Origin: Chlorokybus atmophyticus
Taxonomy: Eukaryota > Plantae > Mesostigma and Chlorokybus algae
Direction of reading: 5' to 3'
DNA: 64,000 bases
Assembly: GCA_009103225.1 (NCBI GenBank)
Contig: RHPI01003642.1
Location: forward strand, 517,116-581,115
A model generated the notes under the pieces. That model was not told the DNA's origin and searched no databases. It saw only the letters and a list, made by a program, of their open reading frames with translations. The translations under genes and the position numbers were made by a program. Every line of letters begins with the position of its first letter. The stretch's first letter is position 1. Below, in pieces: positions 49,375-63,181 of this stretch.

Positions 49375-50730
49375 CAGTGTGGTCGGTCCCGTACCTCACA
49401 GATGCGAGGCGGTGCAGCAACAAGCGTGTGTTGTGCGATACACACTGCTTGCACAAAAGCGTTGGGACCGTTGGAGTTGATGGCAGTGTGAGCTTGTTCT
49501 AGATCAATTCGTTGCAATCGCGTTCATTGCCGGTCATAGCGGCAGGGTGCAATCTGCACAAAGTAATGTCTACGTATGTTGTAAACATTAGCTTTACACA
49601 CAAATTGAAACGGCGATGGTTGAACATGAAATGAGCTTACGAACAAAATCAGGTGCAAGGCGACCGCTGGCATCGCAATAAGCTTAAAGCCTTACACAGA
49701 GAGGCTGATGACGTTGCTTCACGCTTGCTCTTGAACATGACTTTGCGTTCAAGAGCGCGTTCATACTGCTCTTGAAGAGCAGTATGATCGTGCAATTTGT
49801 ATGCGGAGGGTGTGCGCGAGGTACGCACACCCAACAGTGTATCTCACATCATGTACAAGACGTTTAGTCAATTTTTTGACAAACACAATTTGATGCAGGC
49901 AACTAGCATCAAGCAAGCTTTGATGCCTGCCAGTCCACCATGCATTATCGATGGGGTAATGCAAATCACGAAAATTATGCATAACATGAGTAAAGTATAC
50001 GAAGGTAGAAGTTATGATGTTCTAAGACCAATTGTGTTTAAGGGCTGAGAGCTGTTTTTAAGTTACATCCTCCAAACTTCAGATCCCGAGTTTACAGTCG
50101 TCAATATGCACAAAGGTAACAAAAATGTCCAGCGCGTATACCAATGAGGCTTGTTTAAATGTCGAGCGAGTATACCAATAAGGCTTGTTCATATGCAAAT
50201 GGCTGCCGCTAGCCACATTACTGTGCTTATATATACATATCAACTGAGTATCATATGAGGCTTAAATTGCGTACCATCACAATTTGTTATTTGGCAACTC
50301 AACATGCTGTTGATGCCACCATCGGTACACACATTCGCAATCAGTCTTCCATTGAATATAGCAGCCATACATACCCACTTTTACGATTGTCCTGAATTAT
50401 ACATAATTAAACGAAATTCACTAGCTTACAGCAGAGCTGCGCGAAGCATGCTCTAAGAACAAAGGAAGGTGTGCTCACATATGGTACAAGCATGGGCACA
50501 CACAAGCAAAGCAATAAACTAGGCGGGGGCCAAGGTAGAGCTCTTAAGATGCAACTTTAGGCTAGACCCTGAAACCACAACGGTGGTGGTGTGGGAAGCA
50601 AGCAAGAGCACAGCAAGGGAAGGGGTGGCAACTTGCAGAGCGCAGGGATATGGAAATATAAATTGTGTACATTGCTATATGCAAGTTTTGTACTGTTGCA
50701 AAGCATAGAATGCAAGCTTATGAACACATA

Positions 50731-51040
<310 letters not shown>

Positions 51041-51894
51041 TATTAATTGCATCTTTCTCATCAAAATGCCTTATTTTAAATGCGTAACAAAGAAAGCACG
51101 GAATGCATGCTTATATTTCGTTAGCATCAATGACACGTATGTTTATCAGATACATAAGCTCTTGTTAAGTACACACATATGTTAATTCTTGATGTGAGTA
51201 TAAAAAGCCGTCATGTGTATACATGTATGTACATACACAATACAACTACGTAGCAATTACTGTTATTATGCATTCAATTATATTACATGCAAAATGCAAG
51301 TGTGACAACATAATAAACACGGCGAAAGTTTGTAGGCGCATATTATTGGCGAGCTTATGCTACTATATCATTTGCTTGACCATGTGCATCACATAAAGCT
51401 TAAATGCAATGTGCAATCATCATATGTGCCTCTAGCGCTGCTAACATGCTACACACTTCACCTGTGGTGTACGTATATCCTTTGATGTTCAAAAACCAAT
51501 TGTGTGCATGCAACTGTGCATTGTGACATCCAGCATGGCAACACTAGCATTCTGGCATTTAGCTAATGTCATGCATACATCCCAACTTCTGTGCATTGTG
51601 ACATGCAGCCTGGCAATACTAGCAATTGCATGGACACATCTCGACTTTTCTGCTGGCACGCCGTGCATGCGTTTGTGAAGGACATGGCATTAGGTAGCTT
51701 TGGCATAGATGATTCACTGCCGCAGCATGCGCCACACTGTGATGGCAACAGCAATGATCTTTCCCTAGTGTTCCCTAGCAGCAGGTAACGTTAACGTTAG
51801 TGCCCCCTGATAGGTGACTCGCTAGTGTCCCGCGGCACTGGCGGTGGCCCAGCCTAACGTGTACCAGCAACAACGGCCTAGCTTGCTGCAAGTC

Positions 51895-54800
51895 ATGGAC
51901 GCGGGCGGCGGCGACGTTGGTGGAGGTGAAGGAGGAGGAGGAGGACGAGAGTCAAGGCTACCGTTCGAGAGGGTGCTCGTCACAGGAGCGGCGGGCTACT
52001 TGGGCAGCAACCTCGTGCGGGCGCTGCTGAGGGGCTTGCCTTCCTCGTCCGGCAGCGGCTTCGTCCGAGCGCTAGACCGCCGCCCCTGCCCCAGCGGCTT
52101 GGCCCAGCACAAGGCGCTCAAGTACCTACAGGGTGACCTCACCGACCGGGCTTTCGTGCGAGAGGCTTGCAAGGATGTGCAGGTAGACAACTGAGTGGTT
52201 GCTTGGGGCTCGTGGCTAGGCATGCATGCAAGTAGCAGTTGCTGCAGGCAGCGCGATGGAAAGCGCCGTTTTGCATTCACTTGGGTGTCATTTTGTGCTT
52301 TGATTCATTTTGTTTTCTTCTGCTTCTTTCCTTTCTTGCAATTGACATTGGTGGGTTGGTTGAGCAGTTCGCTTCACATGTTAGCGGCTCGTTTGAGTCG
52401 TTATTGGTTGTGCGGCCGTTATGTTTGTTGACCTATGTGCCTGAAGAGTATAATAGTGCATGCTCAGCAACACTCGCGTTACAACTCGAATGTACCCAGT
52501 AGCATGCACAATCAAGTTGCTCATGCTATGTGTGCGATGAAAAGCGCTCCATCATCGTATGCACTTGCGAGCGCTGACAGGATGCTTATGCTACGTAAGC
52601 CCCCCCCCCCCCACACCGCTACTAAGGCCGTCGTGACCGAGTACAAGAAGGAGGTCAAGCAGGCAGCAGAAGCCAGGGTAAGGGCTCTTCTTTTGCATCT
52701 TGCCTATGACTGACACAACAACATGTTGACGTGTGGAATGCGTGTGTGCGGTTTCACAGGTTGCCAATCAGTCGACCTCAGACACGTATACAGTTCAATC
52801 TGGCGATTATCTCTCGGGCATTGCCGAGAGGCAGGGCATCACGACGAGGGAGCTTCTCGACCTGAACCCTCAGCTGAACTACTACTCTGATCTATACGTT
52901 GGCGAGCAGGTAAAAATTCCGTACATGGCTCCCGCGCCGGTGTGCCCGCCTCCCCCTCCCAGCGCGAGAGCCAACAACAAGGGTGGGCTGGACCTGCTCG
53001 GCTTCACCAAGACCGAGACCTTCACCATCGTGACTACTCTCGGNACAAGTCCGCAGTCACAGTGCACGCACGCGGTGGCAGCTTAGTTACAAGGCAAGTT
53101 TCTTACACAGTGGCTGCTGGCTTTCCACTCTCGTTTATTATTAAACATGAACACAACTTGCAGAGCCCCGCATAGTAAGGGCTGGCAGGATTGTAGAAGG
53201 AATGAGGCGGGGGGGAACTTGCTTTGAAACTTATTTTTGGGAACAGCAGCAGTACTGGCACCTTGACTTTGTAACATGCATATACACAGCTGGTGCTACT
53301 TCCAGTGCTTGCAACAAGGCATACTGTGTTTGAAGAAACGTCACTTCCAGGTGGTGTTCCATGTGGCTTCAGTAATCAGCACAGTTGCTCCGTACAAAGA
53401 ATTGAAGCCTTCAAATATCGACGCCACCACGATGCTTCTGGAAGCATGCCAGCAGGCAGGAGTCAAAGCGTTTGTATACACGTCATCTACAGCAGTCATT
53501 TTTCAGGTGAATTCGTAAACTATAGACGCACACGCAAAGGAGGTTGCACTTTGCAGGTTGCATCCAGCAGTTGGCACATCTGCATGGCAGATTGTCCATG
53601 GTGCGGGCTATAAGTAGTACTACATACAGTGGCTGCAGGCGTTTGCTGATCTGGTGCGTCATGTGCAGGGCCAACCCATTTACAAAGGTGATGAGACCAT
53701 TCCCTACCCAGATCCCACCAAGTATGTGGATGGCTACTCCTTGTCGAAGCAAAAGGCGGAGGAGTTGGTGCTTGCGAGCAATGGCAAGCAAGACGTGGCG
53801 ACTTGCGCGCTTCGCGCAGCAGGCTTCTACGGTCCTGACGAGCTGGTCCATACTGCGCGCGTCTTGCGTTTGGCAAGTACGCGCTGGTTCTGCTTCTGCT
53901 TCTTCTTCAGCTTTGATGCTTGTAAGATATATCTGGCAACTTAGCTTCATGTGGCTGGCTTCCTTCAGCATGCCTAGGACTCATCAATCACGTTGTACTT
54001 GCAGAATTGGGCTTGCTGCTGTTTGCTTGCGGCAATGGGAACTCCCTGACGGACTGGGTGTACATTGATGATCTGGTGGATGGGCACGTGCTAGCCGCCG
54101 TTGCCCTCATGAACAGCAATCGACGCGAACGTGTTTCTGGACAGGCTTATTTCATATCTTCACATGAAGCTATCGATTGCGGAGACTTCTTCAAGTTAGT
54201 CAACAGTCACTGGCCCTCCTTTGCATGCATTCTGCTTGTTTTAGTCTGCCATCATTCACCTCGGTGCGTCTTCATCACTGCAGGCCTATTGTTAAGCAGC
54301 TGGGATATGAGTTTCCCACTGTGCGAATGCCCTTCCGGCCGCTCTTCGCCTTTGCAACCATCATGGAGTTTCTGTGGTTGGTGCTGCGCCCCATAGGCAT
54401 TGACATGCAGCAGATGCCCCTATTTCTGTCGCGAAGTGAAGTTGTCAAGCTCTGCACTCCACACTTTTTTAGCTCTGCAAAAGCTTCCCGCGACTTCAAC
54501 TATGTACCAGGTGCTTTGTCAAGTCTACAAGCAGTCCACAAGCACAGCGGTTTGCAGTGCCTGCAGTGCTTTAGTTGAGGTGTTACTCCTGGTAGATGCG
54601 GCAACAAGTTGCTGATGCTCTTCTGCAGGCAAAACCAAGGCTACTGAGGGCTTGCAGCTCACCATTCCATCGTACGTCAAGACATATGCGACGCCGCTTG
54701 TTCGCGGAGAGCACTTCATAGTGCCATCCTTGTGGTGGTGGCTGTTGATAGGCGTCGGGTTGTTTCAGCTGTACTTGTGTGCGTTCCAGCCTGCCCTCAT

Positions 54801-55068
54801 GCAGCAGTACACGCCTTGGCTGGGTGCGTATGGCGCGCTTCTGGAGTGGTTCATGTCAAGACCCATGCTTCTTTACGTCATATGGTACGCGGCCTGGCTG
54901 GCGCACGTAGCGGAAGGGGGTCTCGCGCTCAGGGAGAGCCGCAGCCTCAACCATAGCTGGCGCGTGAGCCTTTACTGGTTCGTGCAAACGTTTCTGCTTG
55001 GCTTCCCAAGCTTCAAACTGCTGCTGGCGATCAAGAGGCGAGATGTAAAGCTGCACAAGACTGCGTAG
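51895..55068 (+). CDS. 3-beta-hydroxysteroid dehydrogenase-like extended SDR (SDR42E1-like) with C-terminal TMEM254/DUF4499-like membrane region, 6 exons
   Basis: VLVTGAAGYLG, VFHVAS, FVYTSS, catalytic YSLSK, ALRAAGFYGPDE, DWVYIDDLVDGH, GQAYFIS; C-terminal AWLAHVAEG...YWFVQTFLLGFPSFKLL. Confidence 0.88.
52613..53043 (+). repeat. 431-bp identical copy of LysM gene segment 42395-42825 inside SDR intron 1 (probable assembly artefact)
   Basis: Appears identical at offset 10218; begins after a C-run and ends at a single N. Confidence 0.85.
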
Positions 55069-58000
55069 TGGCCAAGGTAGAGATTAGATTTGTCATTTTG
55101 TGTTGTGCGTAGCATGCTTGACTACAGTTGCGTGGACTACCCGGCTGAAATCTACTGGAACAGTGTCCATAGTTTGGCGATTAGTTAGCAACTAGAATGT
55201 GACAGTCAGCGTTGGCAGCGACATTAAAGGGGCGGTGGTCCCAGGAGTGTAGATATTAGTGCATGGTGGATGGATGCTGCACTCACTTAGTGGACTCTCC
55301 AGACATGACGACCGACATACCCGGCTGCTGTGCAAATGTAGCAAAGCCTGACTTCCGTCCGCCCCATGTGGTTGCGCGTGTAGTGTGTTTGCCATACTGG
55401 TAAATTGATTTACTTAGGTTCTGACAAGGACCAGTTGAGGCCATAGATTCATGCATGCGTGTGTGCATGCACAGTCAAATTGGGTTGGTTGTGGTGGTTG
55501 CATGCATGCTTGCACAATCTTGTTCGACTCTTTTGTACACATCAAGCAGTTCCAGCAAAGCAAATCTGCCGCTGCTTAATTCAACGACACATACAAATAG
55601 CTTCTCTATGCGTTACAAGCTCGTATGTTCCAATCAGCTTGAGGGTCCGCAGATGTATTGGCACCAAAGTCTTCACTGTCTTGGCGCCTTCTGTGGCCGC
55701 CACCCCTTGTGCTATTGTGCACTCGTCCTCCACCTGCTCAAATAGCCACTATGTAGTGCAGCGGCTACAACACTCGGAGGCAAGGCTCAAGGCTCGAGGA
55801 CAGAAGTAAGAAATGACAAATAAGCCATGGGCGGCAACACTCTTAAACACGGCATCGCGCGTGCAAAATTGATTAAGGTTTTGGCACGTGAACCGCTTGG
55901 TGTGCAGTTGGGCAAGCCCAGGGACGCACACATCCATTGCGCATACATGCACACATACACACGGATTGTGCATGTGCTTGTGTGATGCTGCCAGAGTGCG
56001 CATGCCTGTGCTGCCACCACTTAATCAACATCTCGCTCACGCGCACAAACGCACCAGTCCCCTTAAGCATACGTGTACACACTTACAGCCATGCGTTTCG
56101 TACACATGCACGCACACGCTTTTGTGCGCAAGCCCGTGTAGACGACAGCATGTGTCATACAACACTCCGCACAAACGACAATCTGCAAGTCGCTCTCTAT
56201 ACATACATACGCACGCGCACCTGTGTGGATTGGTGTAGTCGCCTCTATATATCGCTTCTACGTGGCTCCGCGCGTAGCCTTGTCGGCCTCTGTCTGCTCA
56301 AGTCGGCCTCCCGCGTGCCTGGGCCTCCGCCATCTCGCCTTGTGCATTGCCTCCCTGCAGACATTCGCCGCTGCACAGGAAGAAAGGGAAGTTGAATATG
56401 CAAGGATGAGTTATCAACTGGAGGTATGAATGTGCGAATGTGATTGAGCCAACATGTGCGACACCTCTCTTGCCTTCTGCTGGCGGTGCTTCTTTGTCGT
56501 GGGGCTGCTTTTTCAATCCTCGCGTGTGAGCTCGCTTCATTTACAGCCGCGACTCACGCCTCTCGCTCCACCCCTTCATTTCCTCACCACCTACGCACAA
56601 CCAACATCGTGTGGGTTTTAGAGATGCACATACCCACATACACTCCGTGTAATGCGTTGGCCGAATCCAATACTACAACGCGAGTATGCACAACGTCCAC
56701 GAGTGCACACTGTTGGAACGTACTATGTCTTACAGACAAGGCCCGCATAAACAGGGTGAACACACACTTACTGAATTTTGCTGGACACAACAAGCCAACA
56801 ACAAGTCCTTAAGCATGTGAAAGCGCCTTGTACTCAATTTTGCCTTGGAAGGGATCTTTGGGGGCGAGGAGGTTGGTGACGTCCTCGAGGGCGAGGGCGG
56901 GGCCGTCTATGCGCACGGCCATGTCCTTACATGGGCTTTGGTGCATAGCGGTAGTGCAAAAGGCATCAAGCTTCACGCACAGGGCCTTGAGAATCACTCT
57001 AAGCCTGCAGGGGAGACATGGGTATGTGTACGTACATGTGTTACTGCATGTGTATTCATATGTCCACAGTTTGTCCACACGTACACACGCTATGCTTGCA
57101 TCTGCAGATACATGTGAATGTACAAGTGCATGTGCACCTGTGCGTTTGTGCAGTCAGGTGGGAAACAGACACACGCACCGCCCATCCCCACCCCACCCCA
57201 TCACCCCTACCCACACATGTCTCCCATGTGTATGTGCGCAATCATACGGGGACAAAGCTTCGTACAGCACTCTATATATTTCAAACATCCAAAGAAGCGA
57301 TACAGTGAGACCCTTGGAGGCAACAAGACTAACATGAACCGTGGTAAGTTGTGGAAAACTCTCATGGACTCTTACAATCTCCCTCCCCAGTCCAATGACG
57401 TTGTGGTCATGAAGATTGCATGACCCTCTTTTTATCATGCTTAACAGAGCGTCTGCGCATTCATAGTCAGCATAGCGACAGAATGCTATTCATTACTGCT
57501 ATAGTGGTATTGCAAGCCTGCAAACACCTGAGATAACTGCTTACTTACTCAATAGCCCAGCCTGTGCAAGAGACAAAAGTCAAGCTTGCAATGCTTTTGT
57601 GCAAACAGTACTAACATTGGTTGCCCAAAACATGCACGGCATGCTTGCCATGCATGTTGAGCCATGTCACAACCTGTGCTTGTATTTTACTAGGGTTGTG
57701 CAACACAAACAAAACCTTTCAATCGAACGTTCATGCACAGGCTGGAACTTACATCAGCAGTTATTGCCTATAAGATTGTCGCCGAGCCGAGCCTGCTCTG
57801 GCCTGGTACCTACAGGCAGAGCAGCGGCGGCCTGGGCGATTTGCGGGTACGTGCCAGGAGCAGGAGTGGGAGATCATCATCGTTATGGTTGCAGTGTGCA
57901 AGATTTATCACAGCGAATCAATTGCCCTCCCGCTATAGCGTGCACAAGCAAGCGCGTCGGCAGTAGCCAGCCAGCCGTGAACAACCACCGCAGCTGACCC

Positions 58001-59393
58001 GGGGTTGTCAACACTGGTTGGCTAGTGTGCTGCATGGATGCGTATGCGAGGCTGGGTTCCTCAAGCCTTGAGCTTACGAATATATGCATACAGTGCCCAG
58101 CATGCGTTGTCCTCTACTTCGCTGATAGCTTACATAGATACTACGGAATGGGGAACGCTATGGTGATTGGAACGGTGGTGTTTTCGTGCAGTGATGTTAC
58201 CACTGAGCGGATTGTCTGTCTATATAAAAGCTACCGCCTGCTGGTAGTATGAGTGGCACATACGAGTGCTCTGAACCTCTGAAGTTCTTGCTTGCAAGCA
58301 AATCAAGTGCGCTTTAGACTTTCATGCCACTGCAAGCTCTTTATTGAGTAGCAGCTTGGGATCCCTGTTGCGTGTTTGTTCGTGCCGAAATTAGACACTG
58401 GGAAGCTTGCATGGTTGCTTTGTGTTGGGTACAAACTTGTTTCTTGTTAACGAGCTATTCATATAAACTTCACGCGTGCTTGCCAGTGTTATATTTTGCA
58501 AGGCGTATCTTCTTAAGGCTCATCATGAAGCCATATCAAGCAGTACTGCAGAGCACGCCTGCAGTTGACTTGTCTAGTGTCTTATTAACAGGTGGAATGT
58601 TGTTATGAGGTACAATCTCTTTCCTTCAACTTAGCCGCCAGTTGCCGCAGTCTCGATCAATAATAAAAGCCAGTCTTCAAGCTCTTAGTATGTGCTTCAT
58701 AGCCCAGATCGTAACCAGTCCCGAGCCCATGCTACAGCACTTTTGAGTTGAGTTGCTTGCGGTTGATAGACGCATTACAACCATCTGCGCACTGCAAGGC
58801 CTCAGTTCAGCAAGAGGCGTTGCGTAGCAGGAGTATATTGCACAAGAGTTATGTTGGTGGGAAGCAACCGGGCGCAGTGCGACCCGAACAGCACCCCGCA
58901 CCCTGCTAGCAACCTGTGTCGGGTTAATCCAACAGCATCTGGAGTTTCTGCTTAAACAGTTGGCTGGATAAGGTGGTGTCCTGTCTCGCATACTTTTACC
59001 CCCAAGGTAGGTTGTGTTGAGCACTAGCACCCTGGTGATTGTGTCCATCACTTTTTTGATTGCAACCTCATATTTTGGTTGACTTTACTACAGGCATTGC
59101 TGTTAGCGCTCGCTCGACGCAAGCTGCTTTTGGATGACGTGCAACTAGAATTCCTAGACAAGTTTTGGACCCTTGAAAGTTCCAGCAACTTGCAAACACG
59201 GTTGCCAGTCTCTTGCGTGCAAGTGCTTTCTGCACGAGCTTGCCTGCAGTTGACACAAGGTGAGTGCTGATCGGGTGTACCAGCACTTATGTGTGCTGCA
59301 ATGGCCATGTGCATGTGTAGATTTGCGCCAGTTGGCCTGTTGCTGCTTGCCTATCTGCATGCTAGCTCAGTTGCGTTTTGTGCGTCGACAGCA

Positions 59394-62190
59394 ATGGCGT
59401 CATCATCTCCGGCGGAAGGGGCTGCTCAGAGCTGGACGATCCCACAAGTGACCTACGTTGCTGTCGACAAGGACTTCACAGATGATGTGCCGCAAGGCAC
59501 ATGGCTTTCATTCCCAAAGTCACTGTTAGCAGTGTTGAGGAGCTGAGAAATGCCATATACTAGGAAACGCTCCAAGCTCAGGGGCAGCAGAGCTCAGGGG
59601 CATACCTTTGGGTGGGGATTGGCGCCTGAGAACAGAAGCGGGGTGGACCGACTTGCCCTCTATGTCATTAAAGGATCTGCGAACCTTGCCACCTCCGCTG
59701 CGAGTGCAACTTGTGCGTCCACCAGCAACATCCACTCAAGGCGCACATCCCTCAGGTGCCCGTCACCTGCACTCAAACATACACAGCCCGTGCTACAACT
59801 CTCATATGTGTACCGCTAGTCTCTTAATTATGTGATATGATGGCTTTGTTACATACTTCAATTTAATTAGCTTGATCAATTTACCACACATTGACATGTT
59901 TATTGCATGTGTAGCATTGGTCCTTGCAAATCTAAGGTGTGTTGTGTAGGTGCTAGCCAAGGGTTGGGTGGTGTTTATCGCGTAAATAGCCTTGAGGGCA
60001 TCGATGCGCGAGCCTTTGTCACGCGGCGTGCAGAGTTGTGCAAGCAACTGTTAGAACTGGTCAACGCCCGTTGCTTTGTCAAAATCAAAGCTCCGCCTCA
60101 GTCAGGCAAAACCAGCATGCTGCAGCTCTTAGAGGTAGCGGGTAAGCGTCAAGGCATGTCCTGCGCATTCATTACCCTTCTCGAGCATCAGCCTCCCTTC
60201 AACTCCAACGACATCTTCAAGCAGCCTGTGGGACAACCGCTGACGCAGCTAGTCCAAGGTGTGTTTGTCGTGTGTGCGTTGTGTGGTCAGCCATGTCTAG
60301 GTGCATGCATTGCACCTTGCTATTGATGTTCACCACAAACTGCCTCATTCCTGCTTGCATTGGCTTCTTGCTAATATGAGAAAGAAAAAGAAAAAGGAAC
60401 AAAAAGAAGAACAATACAAGCACGACAGTGGTGTTGGTGGATGAGGCGCAGATGCTGTACCATTAAGAAGAAACCGGGAGTCGCTTGCTGTGGAGTACTC
60501 TGAAACTGTTGGCGCAAGGCGGATCTCCCGCTTTCGAATTGCGCGTTATCCTGGCTTGCTCGTATGGGCTTCCTCCCAGCTCCTCCAATCCTCGAGATCC
60601 CAGCTCGCCAATGTCCACGCCAATTGCCGTCCCTACTCAGCAGGAAGTCAGCATTCTCCCCAGCGACGTTACTGAAGGTGTTTGCAGTCTGCAGCTGCAG
60701 ATGGACGAGTGGGATGATCTGTGGCGACGCTTTTTGAGTCATTCCAATTTGCGCTTAGCGACAGGCCGTCCAAACGTACGTGTACGAGATTTGCGCAGGT
60801 CAGGTATGAACATTGCATTGGGTGAACTTTGTTACATATGCTTGACACACTACTGTACCCAGCATGTGGGCTTGCGTTCATTGTGCGCTCGTGCGTAGGT
60901 TGGCCTCTTAACATTTTGTCTTGACAAGCTGGAAGAGGGCTTGAGGAGCCCTGAACTTCAGCACGCCGAGCAGATCAATGCACATGCTTTGTAAGTGCCG
61001 ATTTGCCATCTGCATGCTTAAACCATTACGTTGTTTGTTGTACATTAAGGTGCATACAGTCATTCTGGTTTGTGGCTCCTTCACTTTGTGCAAATGAATA
61101 CAAATGACAGATACAAACTAAGCTCAAGAAGGTTTATGGAAAGTCTGGGGACGCTGCGATCCATCTCCACTTGCGATGGGCTCGTAACCATGGATGCCGA
61201 AGTTCCTATCATTATCCGGGAGCTGTTGTGGGCTAGCTCGCTCCCTGACATTTGCACCAGAGCAGTGAAACTTTTGCAACGATTTGGTCAAATTGTAAAG
61301 TGCGGTGACAGGTAAGTTCCACACAGCTTGCTTAACATTGCTGCGTTTGCAATGAGCGCCACAGCAGCCACATTGACAGCACCGCAGCCAACAGTTGTTC
61401 TAAGCGCAACAGTTGCAAGCATAGCACAAAGCTTATCAGGTTGCCTTGTCTGCTGCCAACCTGCAGTTCACAAGTCCCCTCCACTACCATTACCTCTTCC
61501 ATGAATTCTACAAGAGCAAGACGTCTGTGGTTGGGCTAGAGAATATGACGCCTTTGGAGTTGCTTACTAGAGCTCTTGAGCGAATGGATGCAGGTGCTTT
61601 GGGCGAGACCAAAAGCCTTAGTGCGGATGACACCCCTATCGAGAGGCTCTGGCAGATGGAGCTTTATCGAGCCCTTTCAACGCTGTTGCCTGACTCTGTG
61701 GTTGTTTCACCAGATTTTGGGCGAGTACGTGCATGCATGGCTAGATGATTGGTTGCTTGTCGGATGTGTGTGTGTGTGTGTGTGTGCAAAACGTTTGTTA
61801 TCATTATCGCTGACTGCTGTTGCTCTTACACAGAAGTATGGCGTCAAGGGCATGGTTGACTTTTTCGTGCCAGCAATTGGTGTGGCTCTAGAGGTTATGC
61901 GAGACGGCTACGACCCCGATGGACACTCGAAAAGGTTTGAGCCACGAGGCAAATACCGCTTGCTTTTAGAAACGGGAGTGGCCAGAGACTGGGCTGTTGT
62001 TGACCTACGCAGCTCTCGTGGCAAGAAATCGCCCAAGCCGGAGTGCAAACATGCCAAGCTATTTACAACTTATTTCTCGAAGACCTACAAAACAGCAAGA
62101 ATTTCTCTTGTAACGGCGAAGATGTAGCAACGGTTGATGTCATTGGACACGCTGATGCGGCTACGCGGGAAGCTATTGGCAAGTTAAAGG
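59394..62190 (+). pseudogene. Crinkler (CRN)-like gene: N-terminal header, P-loop ATPase and PD-(D/E)XK nuclease; disrupted
   Basis: Walker A APPQSGKT (60090-60113); Walker B VLVDEAQ (60431-); ERLWQMELYRA...VSPDFG, GMVDFF...ALEVMRDG...HSKRF..GKY; stops TAG 59561, TGA 59627, TAA 60464; apparent frameshifts near 59515 and 62075. Confidence 0.8.
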
Positions 62191-62499
62191 TTGGTTGCTG
62201 CAGAAAGTCACATATTGCATTTGCCGGCGCTTGTGTAAAAGATGATAATGTGATGCAGGCTTACCAGCCAGTTAAGCCCTATTCTCCAACAGTGTAAACA
62301 GCTGCACTCATCGTGGTTGCGAGTCCGCGCGTTTGCGCTGTGTGCAGGGTGGTCGATCCGCCCTGCTGATTGGATGGAAGGTATGCGTAAGGTGGTGGCT
62401 GCAGTCCTGCTTCTGGTGATGGGTGCGCGCGCGCACACGCGCACGCGCGCGTCCACAAGCACAGCGGTTCGCAATGCCTTGGTTAAAATGTTGCTCCTG

Positions 62500-63181
62500 C
62501 CAGCTGCGGCAACATATGTTGCCGTTCTGAGTCTTGGTCTTCTTCTGCAGGCACAGTTAAAGCTGCTGATGGGGTTCAGCTCACCATACCATCATATGTC
62601 AACATATGCGACGCCGCTTGCTCGCTACAGACAGCTTCGTATGCCGTCTTTGTGGTGGTGGCTATTGATAGGCGCGGGGTTGTTCCAGCTGTACTTGTGT
62701 GCATTCCAGCCTGCCCTCATGCAGCAGTACACGCCTTAGCTAGGTATGGCGCTTTGTTGAAGTGGTTCATGTCAAGTCCGATGCTAGGATTTACGTCCTA
62801 TGGTACGCGGCTGGCGCATGTTGTTGAGGGAGGTCTCACGCTCAGGGAGAGCCGCAGCCTCAACCATAGCTAGCGTGTGAGCCTTTACTGGTTCGTGCTA
62901 ACGTTCCTGCTTGGCTTTTTCAAGCTTCAAGTTGCTGCCGTTGGAGGTTTCAAGCTGCACAAGACTGCATGAAGAGGTGTACACCTGAGGATCTAAAAGA
63001 CAACGTGGTAAATGGATTCGTCGCTTCATGTTGAATGCGCATAGCTGCTTGACTAGAGTTAATAACTGGACTACCCGGCTGTTGTTCAACTGGAACAGTG
63101 ACCATAGTTCCGTGTTGGGTCAGCAACTGCCATGTGACAGTCAGCGTTGACAGCGAGTGTTAGCGGGAGGTATGGTCCCAT
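62500..63181 (+). pseudogene. Diverged duplicate of the SDR42E1-like last exon with its acceptor site and 3' UTR (copy of ~54595-55243)
   Basis: Collinear similarity including the intronic acceptor cttctgcag; TGG-to-TAG stops at 62737 and 62871; small deletions. Confidence 0.9.

Noticed and set aside
52613-53043. LysM exon shuffled into SDR intron 1
   Set aside because: Same artefact signature: identical copy with a C-run start and a single-N end.
53872-53880. GC donor (gcaagt) in the SDR gene
   Set aside because: The reading frame requires the adjacent GT donor (gca a|gtacgc).
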